A stretch of DNA of 64,000 nucleotides from the human T2T-CHM13v2.0 reference genome, Homo sapiens, in NCBI RefSeq assembly GCF_009914755.1, contig NC_060927.1; one strand, written 5' to 3'. Numbering within the stretch: the first letter of the stretch is position 1; each line of letters starts with the position of its first letter. The notes under the pieces were generated by a model. The model did not search any database. It was not told the origin of the DNA and worked only from the letters and a program-made list of their open reading frames with translations. A program made the position numbers and the translations under genes. This document shows, piece by piece, positions 1 through 12,382 of the stretch.

Positions 1-257
1 TAAAAAATCTATTTGATGTATTGTCTATAATCAAAATATAAAGGGATATTAGAATCAGTTTTAAATTTTATTATGCGATATACTGGGGGTTAATATAACA
101 CCTACACTTACACTTGCCTCCTTTTTAGTAGTAGGTATTAGCATAAATATTGATACACTGATAAAACTCACTTTATTATTTATTAATTTACTCACTGAAT
201 AATTTCTGTGAATAAAGTTAGAATTAAAATATAACCCAGTAATTTAGCAATGACATA

Positions 258-774
258 TTTGACAGTATAAAGTGTCAACTTGACTTGGCTAAGGGATACA
301 CAGATGGCTGGTAAAATGTTTCTGATGTGTTTGTGAGTGTTTTCTGAAAAGACTATCATTTGAATCAGTAGGCTGAGTAACAGTATGCCTTTCCCAGTGT
401 GAGTGGGCATTATCTATTCTGCTGACTGCCTAAATAAAGCAAAAAGGTGAGGGGCGAACATATTCTCTCTCTGTGTCTCTGTCTGTCTCTCTCTCTCCTT
501 AAGCTGGGATACTCATCTTTTTCTAATTTTAATCAGAGCTTCTGGTGTTTGGACCTTTAGATTCCAAGACTTACACCAGCTGCCCTCTCTATTTCGGGCT
601 TGGATTGAATTACATCACTGGTTTTCATGGGTCTCCAGCTCTCAAACCCAGGAAGCTTGGAACTTCTTGGCCTCCATAATCATGTGAGCCAATTCTCATA
701 ATAAATCTCCTCTTACATGTGTCTCTCTCTATATAACCCATTGGTTATTTCTCTGGAGAGCCCTGACTAACACA
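258..774 (+). mobile_element. MLT2-family (HERV-L) solo LTR, MLT2B-like
   Basis: Start AGTGTCAACTTGACTTGGCTAAGGGATAC and end TCTCTGGAGAGCCCTGACTAACACA resemble MLT2; near-TSD ACATA (253-257) / ACATG (775-779). Confidence 0.85.
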
Positions 775-3264
775 ACATGGTAGAGAACTCAGAAGTTTCC
801 TTTTGCTCCTTTAAGCTATTTTGGCCTTCAAAAATACTCTGTGAAAAAGGGCATGAAGCCTCTGTAAAATTACATTAGACCATAGTAATATCTATAGATA
901 CTTATTAAGGTAAGTTGCTAAATCTTCACTACTTAACCACTGAAGATAAAAATATTGACATGTTCCATTTCTTGATAACTTCTTACAGTGTAAACCATTT
1001 TGATCACCAGAACACTACAAATCAGAAAATAACTTTACACTTTTGATATACATTTTGACAGCAAGTGAGGAACAGAACAAAGAACTTTTGTGATGGGATC
1101 AGACATAACTCACTATTTATCAATGTATGATCCTTTGGAATTTGCCTGACTTTTTAAAATATTACTTTATACAATTTGAAAACCAAGAAGAATTTCTCAC
1201 ATTCAGGTATATTGTAACAAAATCAATATATTATGCACATAAAACTTAGCAAATGATATTTTGACATATTTGTAATTTAAAAAGAATGAGTGATTCAGTG
1301 TAATGTTGGAAATAGTAAAAACTATAAAGTAACACTAATCAGAGTTCAAATCATGAAATTGAGCTGTATGACCTTGAGAAAATTTTTAAGAGTATTTCAA
1401 CATTCATGAATTTATCTTTACTGGAATATAAAAAGTCCCTCTTTAAGGATTAAATTAGATACCCCCATTTGCAAATCGTCTAACATAAAACAGTTATAGA
1501 TATTACAAGATTTATTTTTATAAATGACAAGATTTAAAATTGTTATTCTTTAATTATTAGAACTAAAGATCAGAAGATGACCTACCTTGATTGAGATACC
1601 ATTTGAACACTCCAATTTCTGATTTCTCGAGACGAGTTAGCCATATGATAAGAGATATTCCAAAGAAAGGAGACACACTCTAAAGACTCATTCAGGCAAT
1701 ACTCTACTAATTATTACTTGTAAATTTAGTACTGTATCTAGTAATAATATGGTGTCTCTAAATGTACCTTTCTTTTCCATAATCTAAGAAAGGAAAAGTA
1801 CATTGAGAGGTAGCATGAATGGTGTTATGCCATCATTGTATTCCATATAAAATTATATTTATTTTTATCTTGAAAGAAATGAACATATAACATTTGAATA
1901 AAGGCATTCAAAATAACAATGTCAACACCATGGATTCTATTTCATAAGAGCAAAATGTTGTTTGGTGATATTCTAAACACTAAAAAAAAATAACACTGCA
2001 GTATCTTCATTTATTTATGAGATTTAAGGATTTTTAAAATGGCTTTCAAAAATATTTGAGGAAATTACTTTTAATAGTTTGTTAAGCAAGCAAAGAGAAA
2101 ATATCCCATTGTCTTTCTTTAACAGTTTACTTTGTGAAATAAAGTTTTTAATTTTCTGGATAAAAGATGAAAAACAATTTGAAAAGGACAACAATCTAAA
2201 TCCTATGACTACCGAAGAAGGACTCAAGACACTTATGCAAATATGATGTTCCAATGTAATTATTGAGAAAATAAGAAATGTCATTCAAGATAACAGGTGC
2301 CATATCCTGGGGCACACTTTCTACAACAAGTACGTAATAGATGCTGTGAGTCTATTACTGATGGATAAAAAAAGCATTTTAGTAAGCCATATAATGGAAT
2401 TCAACCCAAAGATCCAATTACAATTACATCAAGTAATTTATATGATACTTTTATACTATGCTCCCAAGAGTTTCTTAAAATAAATAAAATTTTACAAGAT
2501 ATTTTCTCAAGACTATATATGAACTATACTTACAAATGTCTTCTAATGTTGATTATTTATCTTTTTAAATTCTAAAATCACATTGCTATTCTTACTATAA
2601 TATTCTTACACAAGGTTAGCAACATGGCATTAGTCTACCATAAAAAATTATTCAGTAGAGCAAAATTTCAACATCATTTCAGAAATGCAAAGGTTCCTAA
2701 TAGATAGAGACCTAAAAAGTATTAAAAGTTCTTAATATAGTATTTATAAAGTGTTTTTGATTGGGGAAATAATAAAGATACTGGAAGGTAACATTATTGT
2801 ATAAAGTTTAATGAGGCAATCACTTTTGAGTTGAAGCAGAAAATTTATATTCTGGTGTTTCCCATTTGGATAAAAAAATAACATTCACATTTATTTTTTT
2901 GCATTCCAAATAGTTTATTGCTGTATCAAGTGTTCATGTCTTCAGATTATCTTTGGGCAGTGCATACCTTGAGTCTAGACACATTTATATTATCATGGGC
3001 ATTTTTAATTTGATGAGTAACCTATGCTTTTAATAAGCATGTGGGTTTCATTTTGATTGAAACAATTAATATATGATAACTAACCACCCAAGCACATTAA
3101 GGGGTAGATCAGGAACAATGACTGAAAATTTACATATCAGAAAAATGTGAAGTTTTTGCTAAAATTGTGAGTAGTTTCGATTTCTATACCTTAATGTAGT
3201 AATTTCTAGCTTTAAGCGTTTGTAGTAACTTGTGTTTTTTGTTTTATTTTTCTCTGTAGAAGCT

Positions 3265-3435
3265 TTTAATTTTTACACTTCCAGCTTCACTAACATATGA
3301 TTCATAAATAAAAATTATCTATATTTAAGGTGTATAACATATTTTGATATATATATGTATACTTTGTAAAATGATTAGCACAGTCAAGCTAATTAACATA
3401 TTCTTCACCTCACATAGTTATCTGTAGTTATTTTT
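3265..3435 (-). mobile_element. L1MA/L1MB 3' end fragment
   Basis: TATATTTAAGGTGTATAACAT...CAGTCAAGCTAATTAACATATTCTTCACCTCACATAGTTA is typical of the antisense L1MA 3' UTR. Confidence 0.7.
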
Positions 3436-3899
3436 TTAAATGCAGTTGCTGTCAAAGTGAAAATAAAATTCTTTTGCCATATGTGCCATCGTCCACACAA
3501 AATTTGGTTAAACTGATATTAATATGGGAGTATAATGATCTACAATGTTCTCTTCTTGAAAGTAAAATATATAATTTAAAGTGCATTTTCTAAAACTTGA
3601 AGCACTTCAGATGATTGTGTTTATCATATATTTATGTATTTCTTGCAAATGATTTTCATTACTTTATAATGATTTAATATTCTAAAAATATACTTTCCAT
3701 TAGAAATAGAGGAAACAATGTAATAATATGTTTCACAATAAAAGACTCTTTTCTTTACACATTGTTACTCTGACATTAAATTTGCTGTTTTGGTCTCCCT
3801 ACCTTATTCTAAAACAATTAACATTGATCTGTTACTGATAAGAACATTCATATAACAGAGAAAAACTTTTAAAATAAAAGAAAAAATATTTCTCTTTCA

Positions 3900-5245
3900 C
3901 TCATGTATTCATTCAAATATATCAGGTTCTCTTTTTGTGCCATGAAAACGATTACACAGTTGAGATGTAGTAGTGAGCAAATAAACAAAAAGCTACCCTA
4001 CTTAGGAAGAACATAATTTCAAAAATAGCATTTTAAATTCTATATTTATAAAGAAAATAAAACACAATTTAAAAGGTACTAAAATAAAGGGTTACTATTT
4101 TAAAGAGAATGGTCAAGGAAGTCCTTAAAAATAAGGTAACAGGTGATAAGACACCTGAAGGATATGAGAACCTGAACTGTGGGGGTACCAGGGAGAAGAA
4201 TGTTTAAGGCTCAGGAATAGCAAGTCCAAAAAACTGCGCTGTTATGTATTTGCCACGTTAGAAGAACACAAAGAAGGTTCAGGGGCCTGGATCAGAGGGT
4301 GAAAAGGAAGAAGTAGTAGGAAATAAAGTCAGACTCTTGGAAGGGAGAAGAGAGTACCTGAAAATCTTTTGTGAGGATTTCAACTTTAAACATTCCAATA
4401 TGAAACAAACAAACAAAAAAAATAGGAAGCCATTTGAGAGTGGAGGACAGAAGCATCACTCAATACAATCTCTCTATCATGTTTGGAGTGGATTGGGAAG
4501 AGGAATCAAAAGCAGAAGCATAAATAACAGCTTGCCGGCTATGAGATAATCTAGTAGAGATAATGTTGGCTTGATTGGGATTGATGGGATTGAAACAGAT
4601 GTGTTGAGAGGCATTGGATGCTGGCATGTTTTGGAGGTAAAACAAACAGAATTTGCTATAGAATCTACTATAAGGCATGTTTGAAGCAAAGCATTAAAAA
4701 ATGACTTTAAGATGGTTGGTCCAAGGAACTTGGAAATAGTAGAATTGCTAATTCCTCAGGTAGAAAAGAATGCAAAACAATCAGTTTGGAAAGGGTTAAT
4801 TTTGAATTGCTAAATTTGATATACCTATTAGAAATCCAAGAAAATGTGTCATGCATCTTTAGACATATGAATCTGTACTCTGGTAGATAGACTTGCATTC
4901 CCTGTGTGTGTGTGTGTGCGTGCGTGTATGTGTTCACACACACACACATATTAGAGAACTATAGCTTGATGGTATTTACATGTTATGGAAGCTATGAAAC
5001 TAGGAGAGAAAAATTTAAGAAACAGGTCCAAATAATAAAAGAATCCTGAGGCTTGAGCCCTGAGGCAATTGAAATTCAAAAGTTGAATAGATAAGGAGAA
5101 AATACCAAGGACAATTTTTTTTAAAAAAGCTCATAAATAGATAATAAAATTTAGCAGTATTTAATATTGCAGAGCCAAAGAAAGAAGTCATTAATGGATT
5201 CAAGTGTTCCAAATAGGTCAGGCAAAAGATCTGAGTACTAACCAT
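3900..5245 (-). mobile_element. L2 LINE 3' region; resumes at about 5800-5897 after an L1 insertion
   Basis: Starts with a CATTCATTCA-like antisense L2 tail; purine-rich L2 motifs follow; AGCAGTTTCAGTGGA continuation at about 5835. Confidence 0.7.
4903..4950. repeat. (TG)n followed by (CA)n microsatellite
   Basis: Directly visible. Confidence 0.95.
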
Positions 5246-5249
5246 TTAA

Positions 5250-5795
5250 ATAAATAAACTGGTACATTCAGATAATATTGCTCATTGCTTAAAATAATAA
5301 GCTATCAAGTGGTGAAAAAAACATGGAGAGACCTTAAATGTATATTACTTAGTGAAAGAAGCTAATCTGAAAAGGCTACCTACTGTATGATTCCAACTAC
5401 ATAACATTATGAAAAAGACAAAGCCATATATATAGTACAAGTTTCAGTAATTTGTCACTAGGAGTTGGTAGGAGAATGATGAGCAGGCAGAGCACAGAGA
5501 AATTTTAGGACAGTGGAAATACTGTAATTACGAATAGATACGATTATGCATTTGTCTAAACCCGTAGATTGTACAGCACTGAGATTGAACCCTTAAGTAA
5601 ACCACAGACTTTGGGTGATTATGATGTGTCAGTATTGGCTCATCAATTATAACAAATGCACCACTCTGGTGGGGGGATATGGATAATTGGTGAGGCTATG
5701 CATGTGTAGGGGAAGGGGTTATATGGAATACCTTTGTACCTTCCCGTTGATTTTGAGGTGATCCTAAAACTGCTCTAAAAAGAATAAAGTCTGAA
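5250..5795 (+). mobile_element. L1MC1/L1MC2-like 3' end inserted in L2
   Basis: GAAAAGGCTACCTACTGTATGATTCCAACTA...GACTTTGGGTGATTATGATGTGTCAGT...AAAACTGCTCTAAAAAGAATAAAGTCT. Confidence 0.8.
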
Positions 5796-5898
5796 AACAT
5801 ACAAGCAGTATGTGTTTCATGGCTTATCTTCATTAGCAGTTTCAGTGGAATTGTATGAAAGAAAGATAATTGTAGTGTATTAAATAAAATATGGGATA

Positions 5899-6115
5899 TT
5901 AAGATCAGGAGCAAAGCAAGGATGTCCTCTCACACTACTGCTATACAACAATGGACTAGAAGTCCTCAGTAGTAACCAAAGAGAATAAAATTTGTATAGA
6001 AATGAATAAAATAAAATGGAATTTATTTACAGATGGATTATTGTCTACATAGAATCCAAAAGAACCAATAAAATCATTAGTAGAGCTAATGTAAGTTAAG
6101 CAAGGTTTTGAGAAA
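5899..6115 (+). mobile_element. Old L1M ORF2 (RT) fragment
   Basis: TAAGATCAGGAGCAAAGCAAGGATGTCCTCTC corresponds to the [11 protein letters not shown] region; degenerate FADD region at about 6025-6050. Confidence 0.7.
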
Positions 6116-7815
6116 AATGAGAAAATATGGTAGGATTATCAGACAGCAGTAAGGGCCCAGCAGTCACTGGTGGGTAATAAATTTAAAGACCATTTAATTT
6201 AGTTCAGTTTGTTTTTCTCCATCCCCATTTAGTGGCACAGATTCAGCCAATGAAACAGTAGAACGATCAATTTAATAAAGGTGACATTTTTCCAGGCATG
6301 TATTTTGGAGAAAGAAAGGAAATTGAGCATGTGAGGCAGGTAAAGAAAATACCAATGTTGGTTAGAATCAATAAATTTTCACATCTATTAAGTTAAAAAA
6401 ATGTAGCCAGGGTACTTTTGGGAGAGAAATGGGAAAGTAGTTACTAGGAATGTTGGGTGCTTGAAACTGAGAATCAGCTATGGGTAAAATTCTTAGTAAT
6501 AATATCACTGCTGAGGTAGTGTAGAGGAAAACTCCCTGAAAAGATTAAGGAAGTCAGAGGCTTTGATATCCTCTCGTTGTCAACATGAATATAAACATTA
6601 CCAAATATTATGACAGGAATATTTTAACAAAAAGGTTAAATAACCAGGACATCTGTGGTTGATTGTAACCAACAAGGGTAATGAGAGGTGATAATCTGTT
6701 TGAAAAAGACTGAAACCTGGGCGTTTACAGTAAAAAATACGTGAGAATGGAGAAAATGAGGTACCTATACCCCTCCAGAGAGGGGCTGATATTTGGAATG
6801 AAAAGCAAAGTGCACATTCAGAGCACAACCAAGAGATTACAGAGCACTGTTACTTCGCTGATGTGATCCCTTTAGTGTCCTCAAGAGGATGGGACGCATG
6901 TAAATCCTACAAGAGACAACTGTATACGTAAATGAATACATTTGCACTAAGAAATATTACTTTAAAGTGTTCCAGATACTTCAATAGGTTGAGATATTAG
7001 AAAAATAAAGCATTTTCTTAATATGTTGCATTTAAATCCCGTAGTTTCAACAGTTGAGAGTATTGTCAGACACCATAATGATTTATTTATTTGTGTATTT
7101 ATTTGAACCATGATAGTTTCAAGTATGCATGTTGTCTGCTGAGACCTCAGAATTTTGAGAATAAAATGTTTTAATCATGTTCTTGTTTTGTTTCCCGGTT
7201 TGCTTAGCCATATCTGAATAAATATGTTCCGTATTTCTGAGAATACATCCAGTTATATCACAAGATCTTTGGGGTGTTACTTCACCAGCTGGAAACCTCT
7301 GTGGCTGGTGGTACCTTCGCCCAAGTTTTTGCTCTGGCCTGCTGGGCTTGTTCTGCCTACTGGGTCTGGCAGGCTGCACTTGGCTTTTGCTACTGGCCGG
7401 GATCCCACACCTGCCAAAAGCAAGCCAGGCACGAAGTGGTGAAAAATGCGTGGGCAAGCAAGTGCTGGGTCCATCCGCTGCACACAGCCAGGCTCGCCAG
7501 CTGCTGTGGCGGGTGGGTAGCTCCAGGAGCCAGCAGAGGTGCCAGCTCCGTGAAAGACTGAGGCTGGACCAGATGTACAGCATGCAGGCTGCGGGTACCG
7601 TGTCTGGACAAGGGGAGCACGGTGATGCCTGGAAGTTTAGTGATGCCAGGAACCACAGAGCCCCAAAGAGGGAGTCACAAACCTGGCTCAGGGAGCCACG
7701 AGATCTGGGCTCCCCAAAAAGCCGCAGCTCTTCTCTCCTTCTCCTCACATGCAAAGTGACAATCAGGGGCGTGTGTTTCAGCCCTGTTTGTGGTTACAGC
7801 TCTTTTTAGTCCCGC

Positions 7816-8538
7816 TGTGTCCGGAAATGGTGGGTTCTTGGTCTCACTGACTTCAAGAATGAAGCCGCGGACCCTCGCGGTGAGTGTTACAGCTCTTAAG
7901 GTGCCGCGTCTGGAGTTTGTTCCTCCTGATGTTCGGATGTGTTCCGAGTTTCTTCCTTCTGGTGGATTCGTGGTCTCGCGGGCTCAGGAGTGAAACTGCA
8001 GACCTTCGCGGTGTTACAGCTCATAAAGGCAGTGTGCACCCAGAGTGAGCAGCAGCAGGATTTACGGAGAAGGTGGGCGGCTCAGGCATGGCGGACTGCA
8101 GGTCCTGAGCCCTTTCCCGCGGGAAGGCAGCTAAGGCCCGGCGAGAAATTGAGCGCAGCGCCGGTGGGCCGGCACTGCTGGGGGACCCAGTACACCCTCC
8201 GCAGCTGCTGGCCCGGGTGCGAAGCCCCTCATTGCCCGGGGCCGGCAGGGCCGGCCGGCTGCTCCGAGTGCGGGGCCAGCCAGGCCCACGCCCACCCGGA
8301 ACTCCAGCTGGCCCGGAAGCGCCGCGCGCAGCCCCGGTTCCGGCTCGCGCCTCTCCCTTCACACCTCCCTGCAAGCTGAGGGAGCCGGCTCCGGCCTCGG
8401 CCAGCCCAGGAAGTGGCTCCCACAGTGCAGCGGCAGGCTGAAGGGCTCCTCAAGTGCCGCCAAAGTGGGAGCCCAGGCAGAGGAGGCGCCGAGAGCGAGC
8501 GAGGGCTGTGAGGACTGCCAGCACGCTGACACCTCTCA
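7816..8538 (-). mobile_element. LTR12C (HERV9/ERV9) solo LTR with a large internal deletion at about 8064
   Basis: TGTGTCCGGAAATGGTGGGTTCTTGGTCTCACTGACTTCAAGAATGAAGCCGCGGACC...GCCAGCACGCTGACACCTCTCA; 4-bp TSD CCGC at 7812-7815 and 8539-8542; 723 bp, about half the usual length. Confidence 0.93.
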
Positions 8539-8540
8539 CC
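7860..8540. promoter_or_regulatory. CpG island-like patch within LTR12C
   Basis: About 40 CpGs by hand count in 8061-8530, versus about 16 in the adjacent 1 kb of MER52 and very few in the AT-rich flanks. Confidence 0.7.
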
Positions 8541-9819
8541 GCCATTTGCCAGGTCCAGAGTTCTTGTCCTACATCCAGGAAGAATGAAGTACGTGGACAA
8601 CTGGAAAGTGAGTAAGGCAGAGAGAAGCTTCACTGAGTAACAGAACAGCTATCAGGAGACCTGCAGTGGGTAGCCCCTTTCCATAGGCAGGTCGGCCCAA
8701 CAAGTCAGGAAGACCTGAAGTGGGTAGCTTCTTCCCACAGCTGGCAGTCCCCAGGGCTCTCCGAGGCTGACAGTGTCCAGGGCTTTTAGGGGCTGAGAAG
8801 AGAGGAAGTGCATGCAGATTGGTCCATGGGTGGCCATGGGCAGGTCTGGAGAAAGGGCCTTGTCACTCCTGACCTGGGCTCTAGACAGAACTGGCAGCCC
8901 GGCCCCCAGGCCTCAGGCCATCCCTGGCTTGAAGTTGAGGTTTCACCAGGCACCCGCCCCTTTCCGCCCAGGAGCCTGCCTGCGTCCTGCTGCCATGACA
9001 TGCCATCCACAATGTCCAGGCTGTTCCTGATGAGGATCGCCTGCAGGCCCCTGCTGGGCCACCCTCAGCAGCCCCTTGGCCTCCCTCCCATGCTCGTGAG
9101 TGCCCCAAGTCTGGAATGGGCCAAGGCGGCAGGGGGCTGGCATGTCACTGCCACTCCTAGTGCACACACACCAAACAAGGTTGCAACAGCACCCAGGCTC
9201 AGTCACAACTTTGCTCTGCCTCAAGCAGGCTTCAGGAGTGGGGAACTCCAGGGAGTAGGAGCAGGCACTTCTGAGCCTACAGGGCAGGGAGGCTTCCCAG
9301 GACCCTGAGAGCACAGGGACTCCCTGGTCTGGAGCCATGGCTGGCTGGCTGCAGCTGTGTCCTGGAGGGTGGGGCTCCTGGCTAACCAACCTGGTAGAGG
9401 GTGGGGCTCCTGCCTGTTCCCTCTCCGGCACCGAGGTGCCGCAGAGACGCGGCGGCACCTCCCCAGCTGTAGCCAGAGTCTTTGTAGCTGCTTTGTAGCT
9501 GCTTTTGTAGCTGCTGCTCCAGATGGGCTGCTGCTGCCATCAGTTATATATGAAAACTAAATTTTTCCAACTACGGAGGAAACTTAGTTTCTATATTAAA
9601 CTATATTCTACAGAATATAGTTTTAATATATAATTAAAATTACACAATATAGTTTAATATAACATTTTGACTATTTTATGCTTTAAAATAAAATCAAATA
9701 TAACTATTTTTTATCATTTCATTTCTTAAGTTATATTTCACCAATACAAACCAATATTCATGCATTGATGCAGTATACATAATCATTTCAGTTAAATAAA
9801 TTGACCTGAAAATTAATGA

Positions 9820-10365
9820 TAGCTATTCCTTATTGTGTTAGGTACCATGAAAAGGGTTTTACATACACAAACTCTGTAAAGGTATTTAGTACTAAAAAAA
9901 CAACAACACACATATGACAGAAATTTCAGTTACCACCCCCTCCCCCCTTTTTTTTTTTTGGAGACAGAGTCTTGCTCTGTCACCTAGGCTGGAGTGAAGT
10001 GATGTGATCTCAGCTCACTGAAAACCGGGTTCAAGCAATTTTCGTGCCTCAGCCTCCTGAGGATCTGGGCTTCAGGGGTGCCACCATGCCTGGCTAATTT
10101 TTTTGTATTTTTTAGTAGAGATGGGGTTTTGCCATGTTGCCCAGGCTGGTCTCAAACTCCTGAACTCTGGCAGTCCTCCCACCTCGGCCTCCCAAGGTGC
10201 TAGGATTGCAAGCGTGAGTCACTGTGCCCGGTCCCCATTTTTAAAATGAGGGAAGTGAGGTACAGAAAGTTTAAGCTACATGTCCAACATGAGCAACTAA
10301 GTAACAGAGCTGAGATTTGAACCTAAGCAATTTAGTTCCAGATGCCCTGCTGCTAATCATTACAT
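9820..10365 (-). mobile_element. MIR split by an Alu
   Basis: CCCATTTTTAAAATGAGGGAAGTGAGGTACAGAAAGTTTAAG...GAGCTGAGATTTGAACCTAAGCA is MIR core. Confidence 0.7.
9948..10233 (-). mobile_element. Alu (AluJb/AluS-age)
   Basis: Poly-T then GAGACAGAGTCTTGCTCTGTCACC...GAGTCACTGTGCCCGGTC. Confidence 0.95.
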
Positions 10366-10784
10366 TAATTTGTTTTTTAGGTTATCTGTATGATCCAAAT
10401 GAGATATATTAAAGTAATAACAAAGGAGAAATTGCTTCTCTGTCATCTAAAGCTTTTTGTTGTTGTTGTTGAATCTTAATGATTTTATGCTTAATTATTT
10501 TAGTGAATTATTTTCTTTTCTAATGCATAGACTGTTGGAGAAAAGTAAAACAGAATTCAGCTTATCAATAAGTTATATTCCTGTTAGTGTATTTCTGAGA
10601 CTTTCTTTGAATAATATACATGAAGATGCATGTCACTAATTTCATTTCTGAGCATAAGCAACAACAATTATAAATAAAAATAAAAAATAGAAATAAAATC
10701 AATGACAAAAGTGACTTGAAAATCTGTTTCCACCAATATATGGGAAAATGGAAATAACTTGCAATTTAATAGCATAAATATCAC

Positions 10785-10980
10785 TGTTTGAATTCTAGTT
10801 GTTCCCATTTATTAGCTTTATAACACAGCCTGGGCAAGTGACTTATTTTCTGGACCACTATTTTCTCACTTGCCTAGTGAAAATAATACTTCTTTGTGGT
10901 GTTATTTTGAAAGTTGATATTTGGAACACGTAACCCAGAGACTGACACATTCTGAGCATTTAATAAATGTCAGCAACATT
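10785..10980 (+). mobile_element. MIR
   Basis: TTTGAATTCTAG...TGGGCAAGTGACTTA...TTTTCTCACTTG...GACACATTCTGAGCATTTAATAAATGT. Confidence 0.65.
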
Positions 10981-12240
10981 ATGCTTCAATCTCATCTTTT
11001 AATCAAAAAGCTTTCCTCGGGGTGAGGCAAAACCCTTGAATTTATGTTACTCTAAGAGACTATCCAAAAAAATCAGTCTATTGTTTTAATATTTGCACAA
11101 AATATTTAGAAACAGAACTACTGTGTTATGCTATCATCTGCTACAGGTTTTTCAAAATAAAATATCACTCTAAGTGGTATAATCAATAAACATAGTACAG
11201 ACAGAACCCTGAAATAAATTCCTAATCCTGGTTGTTACTCTTATATTAGTCCTTTAATACTTAAATTATATTTAGAAAAGCCTTCCCAAAACTAAAATTC
11301 TTAGAATATCTACATTTTTATGTAAGTTAATTACATCATAAATGTAAGACATGATTAAAATTTAGAAAAACAAAAACATAAAGGCTACTAAGCAATGTGG
11401 CTTAGAATTCTCTCTAGCACTGTAAAATAAAAATAATAGGGGCTAAAGAAGTTTCTTTGATTTGAAGTGGCTTTCTTTGGAGAAGATAAATTTGATAGCA
11501 GATACCCAATTATATTATTATGGTCCATATTCATGCACAGGGCAGAAAATTATCATTAGTTTTCAAACAGACAACAGGATCAAAATATTAGAAAGAAAAC
11601 AAATATTTAACTTTGCTTTCATAAATCCTTTATAATGCCAAAATCAGTAATGTCTGTTTAGTATCCAATTTTAAGGTGAATGAAAAAAATCCAAGCAGAT
11701 TATTCTTTAAGTGTTCAATAATTTGAAATGCTGCCATCCTATTCTAGACTTTTGGAAAACAATAGTAGAAATGAATCAAGTTGCAAGGGATTCATCTACT
11801 GTAAGCTCCTTCTGAATCTGGACAAAATAGGAAGAGTTATGTTATATAGCCCTGGAAAAGTGTCATGTAGCATTGATTTACTACGTTAGTGACAGCACTA
11901 AAAAAAACAATTCAAACTACATAAGAAATAGCAAAAAGTGCAGTCTACAGATGTTTTCCTTTGGATAACATCATTAGCCCTGGGTACAACCTGAAGGCAC
12001 AGACTGGTATTGAAAGGCAGCCATGAACCCCACTCAGTTCATGTGACTTCTTGTCTTTTAAAAGTATTTGTGAAAATTTCAGTTTACTTTAATATGGTTA
12101 TCATGTTTATGTCACTATGGAATGTAACACTCTCTGTTATCTTTACTTTAAAAAAAGTGGTTGAATCAATGAATGTAGCACAACCTAGTAGAAAATGTAT
12201 TATTTTGAAATAATGCAGCTCATTAATTTGAGCATCCAAT

Positions 12241-12382
12241 TCTTTTTTTGTTAACTTTCATTTTAGGTGCAGGGGTACATGTGCAGGTTTGTTATATAAA
12301 TAAACTCTCGTCACAGGAGTTTTGTGTACATATTATTTTATCACCTAGATATTAAGCATAGTACCTGACAGTTATTTTTCCA
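12241..12382 (-). mobile_element. L1PA15/16 or L1PB 3' terminal fragment
   Basis: AGGGGTACATGTGCAGGTTTGTTATAT...ATCACCTAGATATTAAGCATAGTACC. Confidence 0.8.

Larger units (their letters stand above)
7256..9542 (-). mobile_element. MER52-family (ERV1) solo LTR, interrupted by LTR12C
   Basis: Ends TATCACAAGATC... and ...GCTGCTCCAGATGGGCTGCTGCTGCCATCA match antisense MER52 termini; 4-bp TSD GTTA at 7252-7255 and 9543-9546. Confidence 0.85.

Noticed and set aside
1080-1500. Possible MIR remnants
   Set aside because: Too degenerate to assign by eye.
5899-6115. L1 ORF2 fragment starting near the consensus position where the L1M at 57580 stops
   Set aside because: It is 52 kb away, in the wrong order, and apparently more decayed; most likely coincidence.
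7119-9560. Dense overlapping ORFs up to 211 aa
   Set aside because: All lie in GC-rich MER52/LTR12C LTR sequence where stops are rare; they occur in many frames on both strands with no recognisable domain.
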